Positions 1-43,215 of a stretch of DNA of 64,000 bases are shown here, piece by piece. Positions within the stretch are counted from its first letter, which is position 1; every line of letters begins with the position of its first letter. Made by a program: the position numbers and the translations under genes. Where the stretch lies: the NCBI RefSeq assembly GCF_032062105.1, contig NW_026925910.1, positions 930,001 through 994,000 of the forward strand. The letters are read 5' to 3'. A model generated the notes under the pieces. The model was not told where the DNA came from. It saw only the letters and a list, made by a program, of their open reading frames with translations, and did not search any database. The stretch is from Saccostrea cucullata. Its lineage: Eukaryota.

Positions 1-13574
<13,574 letters not shown>

Positions 13575-15062
13575 TTTCCCCAAATGATGTAATTCTGTGT
13601 GTAAGGGAATGCAACCGGATCACAACCCTTCTACACATCCGGTCTTCTTGATTACAGTATCCACAAAATCGGTCGATGACATCCAAACACGTGGTCTAAC
13701 TTTCATGTACATCGACGATTAAAAAAACGAATCTTTTTCTGTATTATTAAAAATTCAAATGTGATGTACAAGATGTGATAACCCTTGTAATCTATCGTTT
13801 CTGCTGGCACAGAACAAATTCTGGACATTTGATCGTAGAATCAGTTAATAAACTGTGTAAACGTGAATCACTATTTTTAATCATTTTTTCAATGCACAAA
13901 TGTATTCTGGTTAACGTTCTATAGCTTTCCTATCGATATACATATATAGTTGTGAAAGCAAATAATTATTGCATTGAAACATCAGTTGAAATGGTTAGCA
14001 TTTAGTTTTGATATTCAATTATTTTCTATTACCCAAAACACTCATAAATAGTTAATGCATTTCAACCTTTTACGGAGAGTATTGGAGTTACCATAACCGT
14101 TAACGTTTTAAAGGATACTTAAAGCTCACTTATCCATGTGTGGATTTATAAAACCCACCATGAATTATCTTATTGCTTACTTTGCCTACCAAATGAACAA
14201 TTTCTTTTCCAGAATAAATTAAACGTATGGGAAACTCAGCAATAAGGTAATCTAGATTTTGACCATTCCAATATTATATTCCGAAACATTTATAAAAATT
14301 GTTGTAAATTTATTTTCATTCATTAGTTTCAAAACTGAAATGTGTGATTTTATTAAAAGACAGAAGTTGTTTTTAATGAATACATTTACAATAATGTTTT
14401 CAGATTTTGTCTTCTATGACCCGCTTTTACATTTTTACGAATCAGGATTTATTTATACCTCTTCATGAGAATAAACACCTCTTGGTATTCCTTAACATTT
14501 AGATGAAATATGGAGATAACGTACCGTAATTAGGCTAAAGAATCAATTGAAACAAAACAAATTATACAAACATGAACCAATGAAAACATTGATATCAGAA
14601 GGATCAGAGAGATCGGGTGCCAATGAGAAGTTAACATCCCCTCCGGGCTGTCAGGTCACGCCCGCCGTGTTTTCCTTGTATGATGTAGAAAATCCTTAGA
14701 CGAATCAGTGTGTATATAACGTAAACAATAAATATGAAAATCATATTCAGTCAGCATCCGATTTATTGATAGATATTTCGAAGTTATTTTGTTTGTTGCA
14801 CCTGTTTCATATTTTGGTTGTTCAGTGACAATAAAGTTTTATCTACTCTACTCGAGGATGCTTCCCCATATACATGTTTATGACGGACCTCTTTTTTTTT
14901 AGGAAAAGAGTAAAGGGATTTCCTTATATTCCTCTAGAAAACTTAATATCTCCTTAGGGGTTATTATTTTATCATTTATTTATTTGTTAGGAGCCTTAAG
15001 CGCATGGCCTTCATTTTTTCTGGACCCGTGGATATTTCAAAGAATCTCCAACGCAATGATTT

Positions 15063-15330
15063 AATAAACTTTTTAGTTTAATCGTCAACTTCCCTTATTT
15101 ATGCAGCAATATCTTTTCATTTCCTGCATACGGGGTTTTTATCTCTCAGTTGATTCGATACAAAAGTATGTGCTCTATATATGGTCAATTTCTAAAACGA
15201 TGTAAGTTATTGACAATCAAGTTGATGAAACTAGAACACCAGTAGTCTCGTTTAAAGTCATCGTTTCCTAAGTTCTATAGTCGATACAATGACCTTGTCA
15301 GCAAATATTATACAATTTATGATCTTGAAT
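15063..15330 (+). mobile_element. Penelope-like fragment, same family
   Basis: atcgtcaacttcccttatttatgcagcaatat...tctcagttgattcgatac...cagtagtctcgtttaaagtcatcg is the reverse complement of the 42840-43050 segment. Confidence 0.65.
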
Positions 15331-16484
15331 ACTGTTCGTAATCTCCATACATTTCATATTCTTGTCCTTATTTATCTATATTTGATTGAGACTACTGAGC
15401 TTATTTGAAGGAATTTGAATCCTCTTTACATAAGGATATATTGTGTCAAGATTTGGTTGAATTTGACCCAGTGGTTCTAGAGAAAAAGATTACATTCTTA
15501 ATAATTTAAAGTAAAATTTTGATCAAAAGAGCTCATTTGGGCTAAAAAGTACTGAATAACAGTCATCCCCGTGAAGTATTTTTTAATTGAAGTTGTTCAA
15601 AAATTTAACTTTGATGAAAAATGTTTATTTCAGAGGTGAAATATGAAATAATTTTTTTGTTCTTTAGTTCTGGACAGTCATGACATAAGACCTGTTTCTG
15701 TTACCAAGAGTTTCTTTTTTGTTTCCCTCTTTTGAATTTCCAAAACGATATTTCTTTTTGGCATAGTTCGAATTTCAGCGGTGAATAATATTTATTTGCT
15801 TATTCATTGATCCCATCAGAATTCATTTGAAATTGTATCAAAACAAGAATATGCAGTAATAATACCGAAGATTTAATATTCCTTGAAGCTATGGCAACAA
15901 TAGCAGATAGTATGTGTCAAATAGTAAACATACACACCAAAAATTATATCAAATTAAAATCATGTCTTTAATTTTTAAATTTTCATCCAATTTTAATATT
16001 GAATGAAAGTACATGTATATATTTACATGTATGATGTCTTATGATGAAGCCTCAATCGCCTGGCTATGTGACCCATGTGTTTATTTTTTGTAAATAACGA
16101 CCTTTCTGTCACTACCTATTGCACTCATGTAATTTTGTAGTGTTCCCTTATTCTATATTCAAGAATGAATATTTTCCTTTTTGTGTAAAGTTATTTAATT
16201 ATAATTTTTCAGTTTATTTCGTTTTTTATTCCACCAATAATAGACAGAACAAGGCATTAAATAATTTTGTATAAAATAACATCTTAAAAATAAATTCCAC
16301 TTCAATTTAAGCAATTTATTTTTTCATCGTCAAAAGTAAAGCACACATATTATTTTAACTATATATATTTGCCTTATCAATATTTTCATAACATTTATAA
16401 AACACTTCCTGAAGTATAAGTAAATTCTTTTTTTATCAAAGAAAGTTATATGCATGTACAAGTAAATTCCATTGCAATCTAACA

Positions 16485-16655
16485 AAGTTACATGTATGTG
16501 CATATTGCATTCTAAATCAATAATAACAGAAAAAATATCTATTCCTTCCTATCATACATATGAACAATATATATACAAAGTTAATTGTATGTGCATATTG
16601 CATTCTAAATAGATAATAACAGAAAAATATCTATTCCTTCGTATTGTACATATGA
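16485..16655. repeat. ~93-bp tandem duplication in the presumptive 3' UTR of gene B
   Basis: tgtatgtgcatattgcattctaaat..ataataacagaaaaatatctattccttc occurs twice. Confidence 0.8.
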
Positions 16656-16685
16656 GTATAAAAATATTCGATTTTTCTGCAGAAA

Positions 16686-19600
16686 TCACACTTGGGTGTG
16701 GGTTTGGAGATCATTGTATGGATCAAAGCCCGGATGTTGCGAAGGCCCAGGATAGGTGTACTAAAAAGATTTTTCATAACCAATAACATAAAATTTGTGT
16801 TTGTTACCAACAATTTTATTTTCCATGTCCATACAGAAGAAATAAGATAAAATGTACACGTAGGTACAATTATTTTTAATGCACAGAATATATTTTGAAT
16901 ATGAATATGAATGAACAGTCTTCTTCTTCTAAAAAAAGTAAAACGTTTAATCTGTAAAACAAAATCATGGAATTTTTTTTCACTTATTTCCCCTTTTTGA
17001 AATTATAGGATATCAGTTTGTTTCTTCTGATTTTATTTATTTTTCTGTAAGGATTTCTTGTTGGTATTTAATAGCAAGAGAATTTTAAATAAAATATTTG
17101 TAACTTCGAAATTTTATACTGATTTAAATGAAGAAAATAAAGATAATCCTTGAAACATTTTGAATAGATATGAATCTATACTTACTGAAGGGGCGTTTTT
17201 CTTGAGAGGAGTAGTTTGACCAGAACTGCTGTCAATCGAACCACGGAAAGAGAGACGTGCTTTGCACATGAGCATGGAACCAAACGAAGTCTGTGAAAGA
17301 AATGTACTCTACAAAGTTACAATCTTATTTTCTTTTCCTCAACAAATAAATTTGTCATTTTAATAAATTAATCATTTTCTATGATGACTTATTTTATAAT
17401 ACCTTAGTGTTAGAAATAAAAGTTTTTTTTTTACTTTATGATAGTATTGATTGAATGAATTGTATTATAAAAGTACATGTACCTTAGATTTTCTGGAATC
17501 GAGGATAGTCTTGTATAAAAACTCAATGCCAGCCACGACAACAGACAAAATGAGGCCACATGACAAAATGTAGAAAATTCCAGCAACATTTTTTAGGGTT
17601 AAGGATGCCTGGGACCCATCCTGAAAGAAACGGTATATAGAATGAGGTCAACATGCAAATGAATGAAAAGCATCAAATAGATTAAAAAAAAAAACAGCAC
17701 AAAAGAATGTTTTAAGATTTTCACTTTCACAACTTCAGAATTTTTTCATTTTACTCAAAAACCAGGCTTACATTCGGTCCTTCTTCGGGGCACTGTGACA
17801 TGTCATCAAACCAATGCTTTTTGATCTGAGCCAGTTCACCAGATTCTCGTAAAGCCAGTACTGCCAGAGTCAACGTGTCCCTAAAGGTAATGAAAATTAT
17901 TCATGAAATGGTAATTTTCAAAGCTACGTGGTTCAAGTATCTATTAATTGTATCTATTAATTGAGACACATTTTAATAAATCAATGAAATTGGTGAACGG
18001 AATCCTAAACGTAATGAAGTTTCTTCAACTATTTTAATCTAAAGCTTAAAGATAATGTCTATGAAATTTACATATAACCCACTTATGGAGAACTCGAAAA
18101 TGCAAGTCGCCCGCGTGGCGCAGTGGTTAGAGCGTCTGCTCTCGAGTCGCGAAGTAAGGAGTTGATTCTTATGCCGCGGGTTCGAATCCCACTGTGGGAC
18201 GTGGAGACCGGTCCTTCGGATGAGACCATATAAACCGAGGTCGCAGTAGGTGCTGGCACAAAAAAGATCCCTCCCTGCTCAATGGCCCTGAGTGCCGAGT
18301 ATAGGACAAAATTTGCAGCTCTCCACCGGTAAGTGGTAGCGTCTCCATATGAGTGAAAAATTCTCGAGATGGACGTTAAACAATATACAATCAATCAATC
18401 GAAAATGCAAACACCTTACAGTCAGACAACATATAAAAGTTATATGATGTTTGTTCCAGGAGATCAAAATAGTGTTTCCCATATCATGGGGTTTTTCCAT
18501 ATAAAAGCAATCTGGACAATTCGTTATGCAATTTAAGCAGATGAAATTGAAAATATTTCTTGGTTTAATCATTATCAAAAATTAAATTTGGGATTTAGTT
18601 TTATCTAAGAAATATGGCTTAAGACCTTAAAATGGAACTAGGAGGCGTAGCAATCCCGTAACCCTTTGAATCGAGGTTAGAGCCGATTTTCATAGTGTCA
18701 CAAGGCAGCCGCAAATTTGTATACTCGTTGGTAGTTGATTCTAGCAGGAATGCATACAGTCCATTCGAATCTCTTACTTTCTGTATACCAAGTGCTGTAC
18801 TTTTCACGAAAACATCTGGTACAGAGTTCATATAGGCAAACATTCTCTCATACAATGCAAATTTTGATTTCTGTAAGAAAAAAACAGTAGATGTAACTAA
18901 GTAAATATCTTTAACCGTTTTTTTTATACCACTGTCCATTCATTCAATTTTTATCCATAGAAACATTCTAAAAGTTTTACAACAGAAGTATCTGCTTTGT
19001 TTCTTTCTAAATATGGTAGTAAGTGAAGGAAAAGATATTTTTATAATTAAAAAACAAAAACAACGCAATTTAATCTTACATTAAAGAAGCTGTATGTTGC
19101 ACCTCCGTCAAGACAGCCATATTGGATTTTCGTTTGCTTGGCCAAATCTTCCACAGAATTTATTGGTGTATTCATTCTGTCTACAGTGAGGAAGGCTGCG
19201 AGGTTTGCAGTGTAAGAAGAAATGATGATCAACGTAAAGAACCACCATACACTCCCAACAATTCTCCCAGAAACTGCTCTGAAATAAGCAGATCAAGTAT
19301 AATTGCACATCCACAATGGCTATTGTTTTTTCAAGATGAATGTCTTCAATGTTCTGTGGATTTACAATAAAAAGAATCAAAGCTGTGGTACTTACGAAGG
19401 GGAAATATCACATCCTTGCTGCATAAATGCACCAAGTGCATACCACAAACTATTTGAAATAGTAAAGTCATTTGTGATGTTGGTTTCATCTACCTTCCAT
19501 TCCGCTGGGCTGAATCGACTGACAAGGAATAACACCACACTTACCCCAACGTAGGCGAATAAAATACACATCCAGATCTCGGACGAAAGGGGTTCCATGA

Positions 19601-22600
19601 ACGAGAAAATATGAGAACCCTTATCAGGAGGCTTTTTTATCATTATGCTAATTCCAAGACTTAAAAATGGTTTTGTAAAGTCAACCACTTTTTCTCTGTC
19701 TGATGTGATTGTTACTGGGGCAACTGCCACATCAGCCTCCTGAAAAATATTAAAAAAGATCCTAAAATCACAATTACCTATATCTGATAAAAAATTGAGG
19801 TTTTGAAGAATGTTTTGAAATTACTTGATTTAAGAGTTCTCCAATGACACCATCCCAGGACTTATCAGCCAATTCTTTTCCATATTGTCCGTCTTTCACG
19901 AGACAGATGTCGTATGTCATGTTGATTTTTTCAGCCACCTTTTCGGCGAGGTCAATACAGAATCCCTGAAAGAAGTGCTTTCCACAAACACGTGACCCAT
20001 TCTCCCGAAGTCTCTGTACCTCGTCTAGATATTCAGGTTTTACTATCACGTAAGGACCCTCCTTTCAAAAAAGTATACGAAAATATAGTCAAATAAGTTT
20101 TCTTTACAATCTGTAATTTTATGACAGGATTAGTCTTCCTCTCCGAAAAAGTGGAATAAATCACAAAAAGTAGATAGAACAAACATTTCGGTTTTCTGAA
20201 ATAAATTAAATATCTTATCTTTAAGACAATGATTACATGTACCTCTATCGTGGTAATACTAATTTTTAGGTTGCGTAAGATATCAGGTTTTCGATTTGGT
20301 AGTCTGGTATGTTCAGATGTGTGAATTCGTAAATGACGTCCCTTAACTGGGTATGGGCTCCATTCCCCATCCTAAATAAATACATAACGGAAATATGAGT
20401 TTATGGATGCTTATCTAGATCTATGAACATCTTCTTCTTAATGTTTGTATTTTAAATGATTTGCATGTGCCTTTCTTATTTTTTTTTACTTTTGAAAGGT
20501 CGCTTCCTTGTGTTGCTTCCATCAGTTGGAGTTCAAATCTGTCTCTTTCTCCGAATTCATTAAAATTTAAAGTTCCACTTAGGCCGTTGATTGATACCTG
20601 GAATGTTTATTTTTCAGTGAAAACGAGTAGAGGGTCATCATCCACATACACATGTAATTCCTCTCAAAAATGCATTTATTAATTTAATGTACGAAAGAGA
20701 AGATTAGTAAGAAATGAATATTAAACAGCTTAAAATTTTTAAAATGTGTGTTGATAAAAATAATTCTTTTCTTTACAAAGAATATTTTCCAATTAAGACC
20801 TTTTGAAGAATTGCAGTTATGTGCATTGTAGGTAAACAATGTTATATTTCTTTTGTTGACTTTGTTTCATGCGGATGAGAACGTTTCGTATTATAACTGT
20901 TTCAACCTTTCTGAGTTCCTTTGTAAATACACCCCTATTTCTCGTTAGAGTAACCGTCTTATTATTGTGACGACATGAGAGTTTCTGGTCCTTTTTGTGC
21001 TTAGGGCGAAATCTGACATATGATTCTTTATATGTAGCATTGAAAAAAGCGATGGCATCTCTCAGTAAGGCATGTGTTGGCTGAAATTATATTCATTTCT
21101 TTACACCGTTCATAGTCCTCAATACAAAAACAAACATAATATATTCGTAAGTATTGGGTTTGCTTTTACTCTCAGGAAATTTAAGAGAATTATATAAATA
21201 GAACTGGAATGAAATATAAAATTCGTCAAAGACGATATGGTATATTCGCTTAAAATAAATACTGCAGAAGGAAATGGAAAACAAATTCACAAGTTATACG
21301 TTAACTCTATACTTTTATATTAGTAGTGTTAAATGTTTTCATCCATTCCTTTTCCATCAACACATTCTTTGGCCATATATGCAAACCCGTAAAATTCGCT
21401 CCATTTGAAAGAACAGATTCATTCAGTTGAGAAATCCCCTGTAAATATAGACCAAATGATTAAGTCAAAGCTCATTTTCTTATCTACACGAAACTTAAAA
21501 TTAAACAGCTAAAATAAAATATATTTTAAATGGGTTGTTTATTTTCTTACCAATCTTGTCAGAAGAAAATGAAAACGATTCATCTTTATTAGGGCAGTCT
21601 TTTCCTAAAAAAGGGAAAACATGCTTCTTGCACATAAATCTTAAAGACTTGCAACATGTCACTGCTTTAATTTATTAATGTTTTATTCTAATTTCTAACA
21701 TCCAGGTTTTTCGAAACGGTTTACCAGCCAATACTACAAAAGACTAACACATTTGCAAACAAACTCACAAGTAACTTTATTGTTGTTTCTATTTCCGTTA
21801 TTGGTAGGTCAAGTAAAAGCCTCAAGTCTGATTCATCATGCTGGTAGAACGGAACGATCTTCTTTTTACATTCCTCAGCATCAGAAATTCTCAGGAATAT
21901 GATATCCAGTTTTGGCTCTTTCTGGGCATTTATTATGTTAAGTATTTGTTGAAGCCTCAGTAAACCTAAATAAAACAGAAAGCAGTTAGTTCAAGGCATA
22001 AGTTGATAGATAAATCAAGGTCATTTCTTTCAGTGTTTTTTTTTTCTTTAAATTTTTAGAGATTTATACAAATTGGAAAACACTCGTGTATTAGCTGAAT
22101 ACTGTAAACCAATTTTTATTCGCGTGCGAGAAATTTTCACGAAGTTTGCGAGCTAGAGCCACGTCATCTCGAATATTTCTCGCCGCGAACCGGTTCTTAA
22201 AGTCTATGTGTCTTTAAAAAAAGAGAACCTAAAAAGACTTGATCGCGAAAATGAATCGTCGCGAACTAGTTTAACCCTGGTAAAACGCGAAATAAAGTCG
22301 TCGCTAATAAAAGTTGGTTTACAGTATATATTGTATGAACAAAATAAAACTGTATTTTTATATGGGGTCTCTAACCTTCATCTGTATCATATATATAAAA
22401 CACTCTCTGCCATTGTTTCTGAATGACGATGTCGAGAAGTCCTTGAATAAACACGGGAGTTAAATAGAATTGGTAAGAAAATCTTGTGACGTCTTCGGGA
22501 ATTGGCGCGCCAGTGATAAGAAAGAATGGCACTTCGAAGGTGTCGCTGTACGACTGAATTGTGGCTAGGGCACACTTCCCACAAACACCTATTATTCCAA

Positions 22601-25407
22601 TGACGTCTTCTTCTAGTTGAGAGCAGACTAAAAGAAATGATTAATTTTCAGTTAATTTTGACATATCCCAAATAGACTGTGAATAAACATTTTGTTGTCT
22701 GTACGAAAACTAAAACACAAATTTTAACACTAAATAATCATATGAATACAAAATTTTGCTTTCTTTGCGGCATCTTTCGGGCGAAATTTGTATTTATTCA
22801 AATTGTGACTAATGGGGTCTACGAGATGGGTCGTTTTGCAGAAAAATCTCATTTTAAATCTCAGTGAAACATTTGCAGGCCCGCCAGTTAAACTCGGGGA
22901 TCGCACTCTCTTAATTACGGCATTTAAGTCCCATGGGAACCTCTCTATAACGTTACCAAGCTTCACTCATTTTCCGGCGCATTCTCAGTTAAAATAAATC
23001 AATTTTCACATTCAGATCTTCTTCAATTTTAGTTGCCATAGAAACGAATTCCTTGATTCCCTGAAGGAATACTTTATTTGGTTAGAGATGATAATGGTCG
23101 TTGGAAGTGTACTATGCCAATTTTTTTATTCGTAAACTTTGGTCGTTTTATTTGAATAATGGTGTATTTCATATGAATGAATAAGCATGATGAGTGTAAT
23201 ACGAGAAATAAAAGTCTAATACTGTTTCAAAGGGGGTTGTTGATATGATTCATCAGAAATTTTTAGATTACTTTTATTTTGTTTTTATATCTTTGTCAAT
23301 AAGATACATCCACAATCTTTCAACAGTGGGAGGAATGAAAATATCTACCCACAAATGTATTTTTATCTTTTATAATATATTGCATATATAGCATGTTACA
23401 CGTATTATTGAGGGTTTAAAACGTATTATTTTCAGAAACAAACATGATATACGCAAATACAATTGTCGCTGTTAATTCGTGAAAAAATACAGTAAATCAG
23501 TAATAATAGTTTTAATATGATTACTTTTTTCATTCTAGAAAGAAGACATTTTTATAACCCCTATTTAAGACCTACAATGGTTATATAAGTTTAAGTGGGA
23601 AGACAGAATAAAGTTTGAATGAAATCAATTAAAACTGTTTCTATTCTAATGATGAATCATATTTGCAAAACTCTTAATTGTTTAGCCTATAATCAAAAGG
23701 GGTGAATCCCTTTCTGAAATCTAAACGTAACTTGAAAATGTAAGGTACTTTCAAAACTTTATCTTTTTTCACTCATCGAGACAAAGAATCCAGAACAATA
23801 TATCAAAGACATTAGCATGAAATATCTATGTGAAGCTTTTTAAGATATTTTTTTAAATATATATATGTATGAGCTTTCATATAATCAGAATTTATAAATT
23901 TTGGTATGACTAAGTGAAAAGTTGTATTAAAGTAGCATTTCTGTTGTGTGTTTGATCCGAATTTTACCTAATTGACCTAACTGAATTTTTGTTATTTACA
24001 AGTAGGGAGAGGGCGTTATAAGTTTTGAGAACTTGTGCCTAATCCCTTTGTAATTAGAAATTACAATAAAATATGTACAAACCATCTGAATTTTATTTCA
24101 ACATACTACTTAAAATTCAAGATACGAAGTAAATGTCCAAAGTTAAAAGATTTTAGGTTCAAATTCAGGATTGTAAAAATAATAATAATATCTAATGTTC
24201 TAGGTTAATAATGTAAATGTATTTTAGATTTTCAGGATAGAGGCTACTTCCAAGACAAAAACCTACATTGGCTACATTGGACCATAGAAGTCATGTATAA
24301 ATATTATGGAAGAAAACTTGCTTTCGTTGCTGACGGCGAAACTGTCCGATAGGTCCGTTGTCCTGTTGATGAATGTAAAACTTCTCGGTGAATGATATTT
24401 ATTGAAGACTGGAATCGCATCTACTGAGTCATGGTCGAATATTATACCTGGAGGAAATTAATTCACATGATAAGAAGTACATGGTTAAAATGTTTAAACA
24501 ATATATTGAAGTAAAAAATAAGTGCATTAAAAAAAATTAAATGATTCTGAAAGAGTTTAAAGGTATTGAATGCAGTTTGATGCTCTTTGCATACCGTATT
24601 CAATATAATTAGTAGTGACTAATGCAAATAGGCAGATTTTTCAGTCAAAGAAATTATACCAAAACTTTCATGTAATGAGATACATTTATCTTTTATTCAA
24701 ATTAGAAATCAGAATGAAAATAAGGTATTAATCAATTCTGTGTAATATAAGCATGTATGAAAATTACATATTTCTGGGGATTCCTTAAATTTGCGAAAAA
24801 TTAAATAGTTTGAATGCTTTTGTCATTTTAAAAACTGCAACAGAAAAGATTAAGCAAATAATATAGTTTCATCGTCAAGACCAAATGTGAAAAGTATGTA
24901 ATATTTACTCAATATATGTAAGTCTTGCAAGAAAGAGGTTTCTTTTTGCAGTGCAGCATTTAAACAAGAAAATCTCGAGTGTTTCTGGTCGCAGTGAGGT
25001 ACAATTACAATAGAACCTCAGCATAACCGATCAATAGAATTCTGCACCCAAATTGGAGCTATGAGGTTTCTCTTGTGAACTAAGCAATTACACTTCCTAT
25101 CTTGTAGAACTTAGGAGGATCAATAAAGTGAAACGTTCGGCTCAGAGAGGCGCTAACTCCATTACGAATTATTTGGCGAACATTGCTGAGTATTTGCTTT
25201 ACGTGTGTCAATAGTGATAGGTTCTCCTTAATTTATTAGCTAATGAGAGACCATTACATTTTATATTGGCCAAAAAACTTGTTCGTTGCTTTTTGTAGAT
25301 ATAATTCCTTTATTTGCAGATTTACACTTACCAAATTTGACACCGCTTACTCCAGATAACCATAACAACTGCAAAAGTACTATTGATGAAGACATCCACA
25401 TTCTCAT
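16686..25407 (-). CDS. Gene B: AMPA-type ionotropic glutamate receptor subunit (GluA/GRIA-like), complete, 17 exons, ~897 aa
   Basis: Exons (minus): 25407-25332 (signal peptide [19 protein letters not shown]), 24447-24322 (GC donor), 22627-22376, 21965-21769, 21604-21551, 21438-21313, 21080-20907, 20597-20490, 20371-20243, 20061-19825, 19739-19396 ([10 protein letters not shown]), 19278-19080 (SYTANLAAF), 18870-18626, 17880-17772, 17620-17483 (M4), 17290-17186 (KARLSFRG), 16760-16686 (YTYPGP...THTQV*). Sum 2694 nt with no internal stops. From memory, the tail resembles that of the Lymnaea glutamate receptor; not verified. Confidence 0.94.
18106..18398 (+). mobile_element. Full-length tRNA-derived SINE with Deu/Nin-like core, in intron 13 of gene B
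   Basis: Pol III A box TGGCGCAGTGG (18116), B box GGTTCGAATCC (18179), core ggatgagaccatataaaccgaggtc...aaagatccc, (AATC)n tail, and a perfect 12-bp target-site duplication TCGAAAATGCAA at 18094-18105 and 18399-18410. Confidence 0.9.
22102..22324. mobile_element. Tc1/mariner/pogo-type MITE
   Basis: TIR CTGTAAACCAATTTTTATT / AATAAAAGTTGGTTTACAG, TA TSD, internal cgcgaa repeats. Confidence 0.75.
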
Positions 25408-26017
25408 GTTGAATATTCAGCGTTCACACATCACAGTATTTCTAACAGAGATTTGGCCATTCTTCTGTTTTTCACACTTCAAGTGCCCATTTACTTTAAC
25501 GACTGCAATGCAATTTAAATGCATGGGGGATTTATTCTCAAGAGCAAAATAGTAATGATGCTAAATACAATGATAAACACTCTAATAAGGTCCTGATACA
25601 GATAAATGTGTAATTAAGGCTCGCAACGAAACGTTTCCACGAACACAGGCGTAAAATCAATTAGGTCCATCGCTGAACAATATGAAGAACCGCTGTTTGA
25701 GAATATGGAAGCGGACATGATTATTTGCTGATTTCGGTATCAGAAACATAAAGTAGACTATCATTGGTTAATGGTCCCAACTTGTGTCTATACTTTCAAC
25801 GGATTGGTGGAAATTAACTACGACACATTATTCGGCAAATGTGTATGATTGCCAAGGAATGGATTTCAATTGATTTTTTAAAGTGTAAACTTAACAATTT
25901 ATCAAAAATGCGATGTACATGGACAAAATGATAATACTAGAACTGCAATTTTGTACATCTTTAAAACTGTGATAGTTTTACTTGCTACCTTTTTTGATGT
26001 GATGTGACATATCAGTT
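25408..26017. promoter_or_regulatory. Candidate shared bidirectional promoter / 5' UTRs of genes B and C
   Basis: 610 bp between divergent ATGs (25407 minus, 26018 plus) with no recognisable transposon inside. Transcription start sites cannot be determined from sequence. Confidence 0.55.
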
Positions 26018-41349
<15,332 letters not shown>

Positions 41350-42569
41350 AGAAAATAAAAATCTCTGTTATAAAATAGTAGTAAATATATTAATCATTTT
41401 TCGGATGACTTTATGATTTCAATGTAGATTTATATTTATAGAGTGTAGATAAGTAACTCATCAAATACTAGTATCATTGTCCGTTTCATTTCATAGAATA
41501 CATGTGTATATTTGTACAATTCACATACAAAAAGGCTGAATATATATGTACGCCTTCTCTAAGTATTACTATTCATTTTGTTTTTAACTGAAATATTATC
41601 AGTTATATTTTATATATGCCTAAATAAACACTTACTCTACTGTATGTTCATGCTTTCATAATGTCATTTGTATACATCCTTCTGTAAATTTTTACACTGT
41701 TGTTTGTTGAACATATTTGTACATGTAGATAAACTTTAGAGAAAATCTATTGCTTTGAATAGAATGAGAATGTATTATATGTTTGCATTATATTTAAGTG
41801 GCAGTTATTTTCAAAAAGAAGAAAACCAGTCATCAATTAGAATATCAGATGCATTTATCGAATCATGTTTGCAGCCAATTAATTTCGAGGTATCTGATTT
41901 TGACGTTGCCATTAATAGTATATATATTTACTTAGCATTTTTCAGCACTTAGAGCAGACCGTATTTTATTTCGATCACCACTGTCTATAATCAGAGATCT
42001 AAGTACTCCATCATGATGTCATCGCTAAGACAAGCGTTTATCCACTGATGAATTCGCCGTTCTTGTTTTATTGCTTTGATGGATCACCATTAAAGGCCGA
42101 ATCTGTATTTTGCTTTTTTTCCACTGATCGCTGATTACTTTTGTTTGACTGATGTAGTTGACAGATTCAATAAACTGGTCAATATGTTCTTTCGTCTTCT
42201 TCGTTTGCTGCATGCTTTTGATTGAGATAACATCAAAATGAGTGTTTGGACAGTGAACCAGGAAGACGGATAGTGGGGTTAGTTCCATGTTAAAATTGCA
42301 ACACTCTAACAGACAGTATGACATTGAGTTGTTTTCGCGATCTTTAAAATGATGAAAACATTTATTATTATAACAGAACCTTACTGATGAATTTAACAAC
42401 TGGCTAAAAATAATATGTTAAATTATAGATTAAAAAAAATACATTTTAAATAATTCAAATAAGGTGAACGGTTCTTGCATGTTTTATCTTTATAGATAAT
42501 TATCGAGTTTTTTTTTGGCAGAGGGGATTTAAAGTTTATTTCCAAAAAAAAAATTATAATGAAGGATAT

Positions 42570-43215
42570 GAAGATAACGAACAGTATTCAATATCAAAGT
42601 CCATAGAACAATACAAAATAGGAGCAGAAGAAACACGGACCTCCAAAACATCAGAGGTGGGATCAGGTGCCATGGAGGAGTGAGCATCCCCTGCCGACCG
42701 GTCACACCCGCCGTATGCTCCTTGTCATGATCGGGAAATAACGGAAAAATCCGTCGTTAATTCAGTGTATAAATAATAGACTAACAAATAGTATGAGTAT
42801 TTGAAGCAATGATAAATTGTATTTGCTGACAAGGTCATGGTATCGACCATAGAACTTACGAAATGATGACTTTAAACGAGACTGCTGATAGTATTGTTTC
42901 ATCAACTTGTTTGTAAATAATTTATCTCGTTTTAGAAATTGTTCATACGTAGAGCATGCTCTAGCGTATCGAATCAACTGAGATACTCCGTATGCAGGTA
43001 ATGAAGGTATATTGCTGCATAGGTCAGGGAATTTGACGATAAAAAAGTTAATTTAAAAGTGATCATGATTATCATAGAGCTTGGTTGTTAGATTACCATT
43101 AGTGTCTTTTTCAAGTAAAATATCCAAGTATGAAACAGATGTGTCAGACTCTGTGGTATCTTTTATCTCAAGCTCACAAGGATATATCGTATCGACATGG
43201 GAATGGAAATTGAAA
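42570..43215 (-). mobile_element. Penelope-like retroelement fragment (reverse transcriptase 3' part/thumb plus 3' UTR)
   Basis: Degenerate translation ...IYPCELEIKDTTESDTSVSYLDI...KLYD...LCSNIPSLPAYGV..LIRYARACSTYEQFLKR...RLKSSFRKFYGRY, typical of invertebrate Penelope-like RTs, followed by the conserved 3' motif. Confidence 0.8.

Noticed and set aside
18106-18195. tRNA gene
   Set aside because: The A/B boxes belong to a SINE head, which has a core, a tail and a TSD.
18083-18578. ORFs of 103 and 99 aa
   Set aside because: Antisense translations of the SINE and flanking intron.
42600-42740. Hammerhead ribozyme in the Penelope-like fragments
   Set aside because: Only ctgatg(t) is present; no complete CUGAUGA/GAAA core with the required stems.
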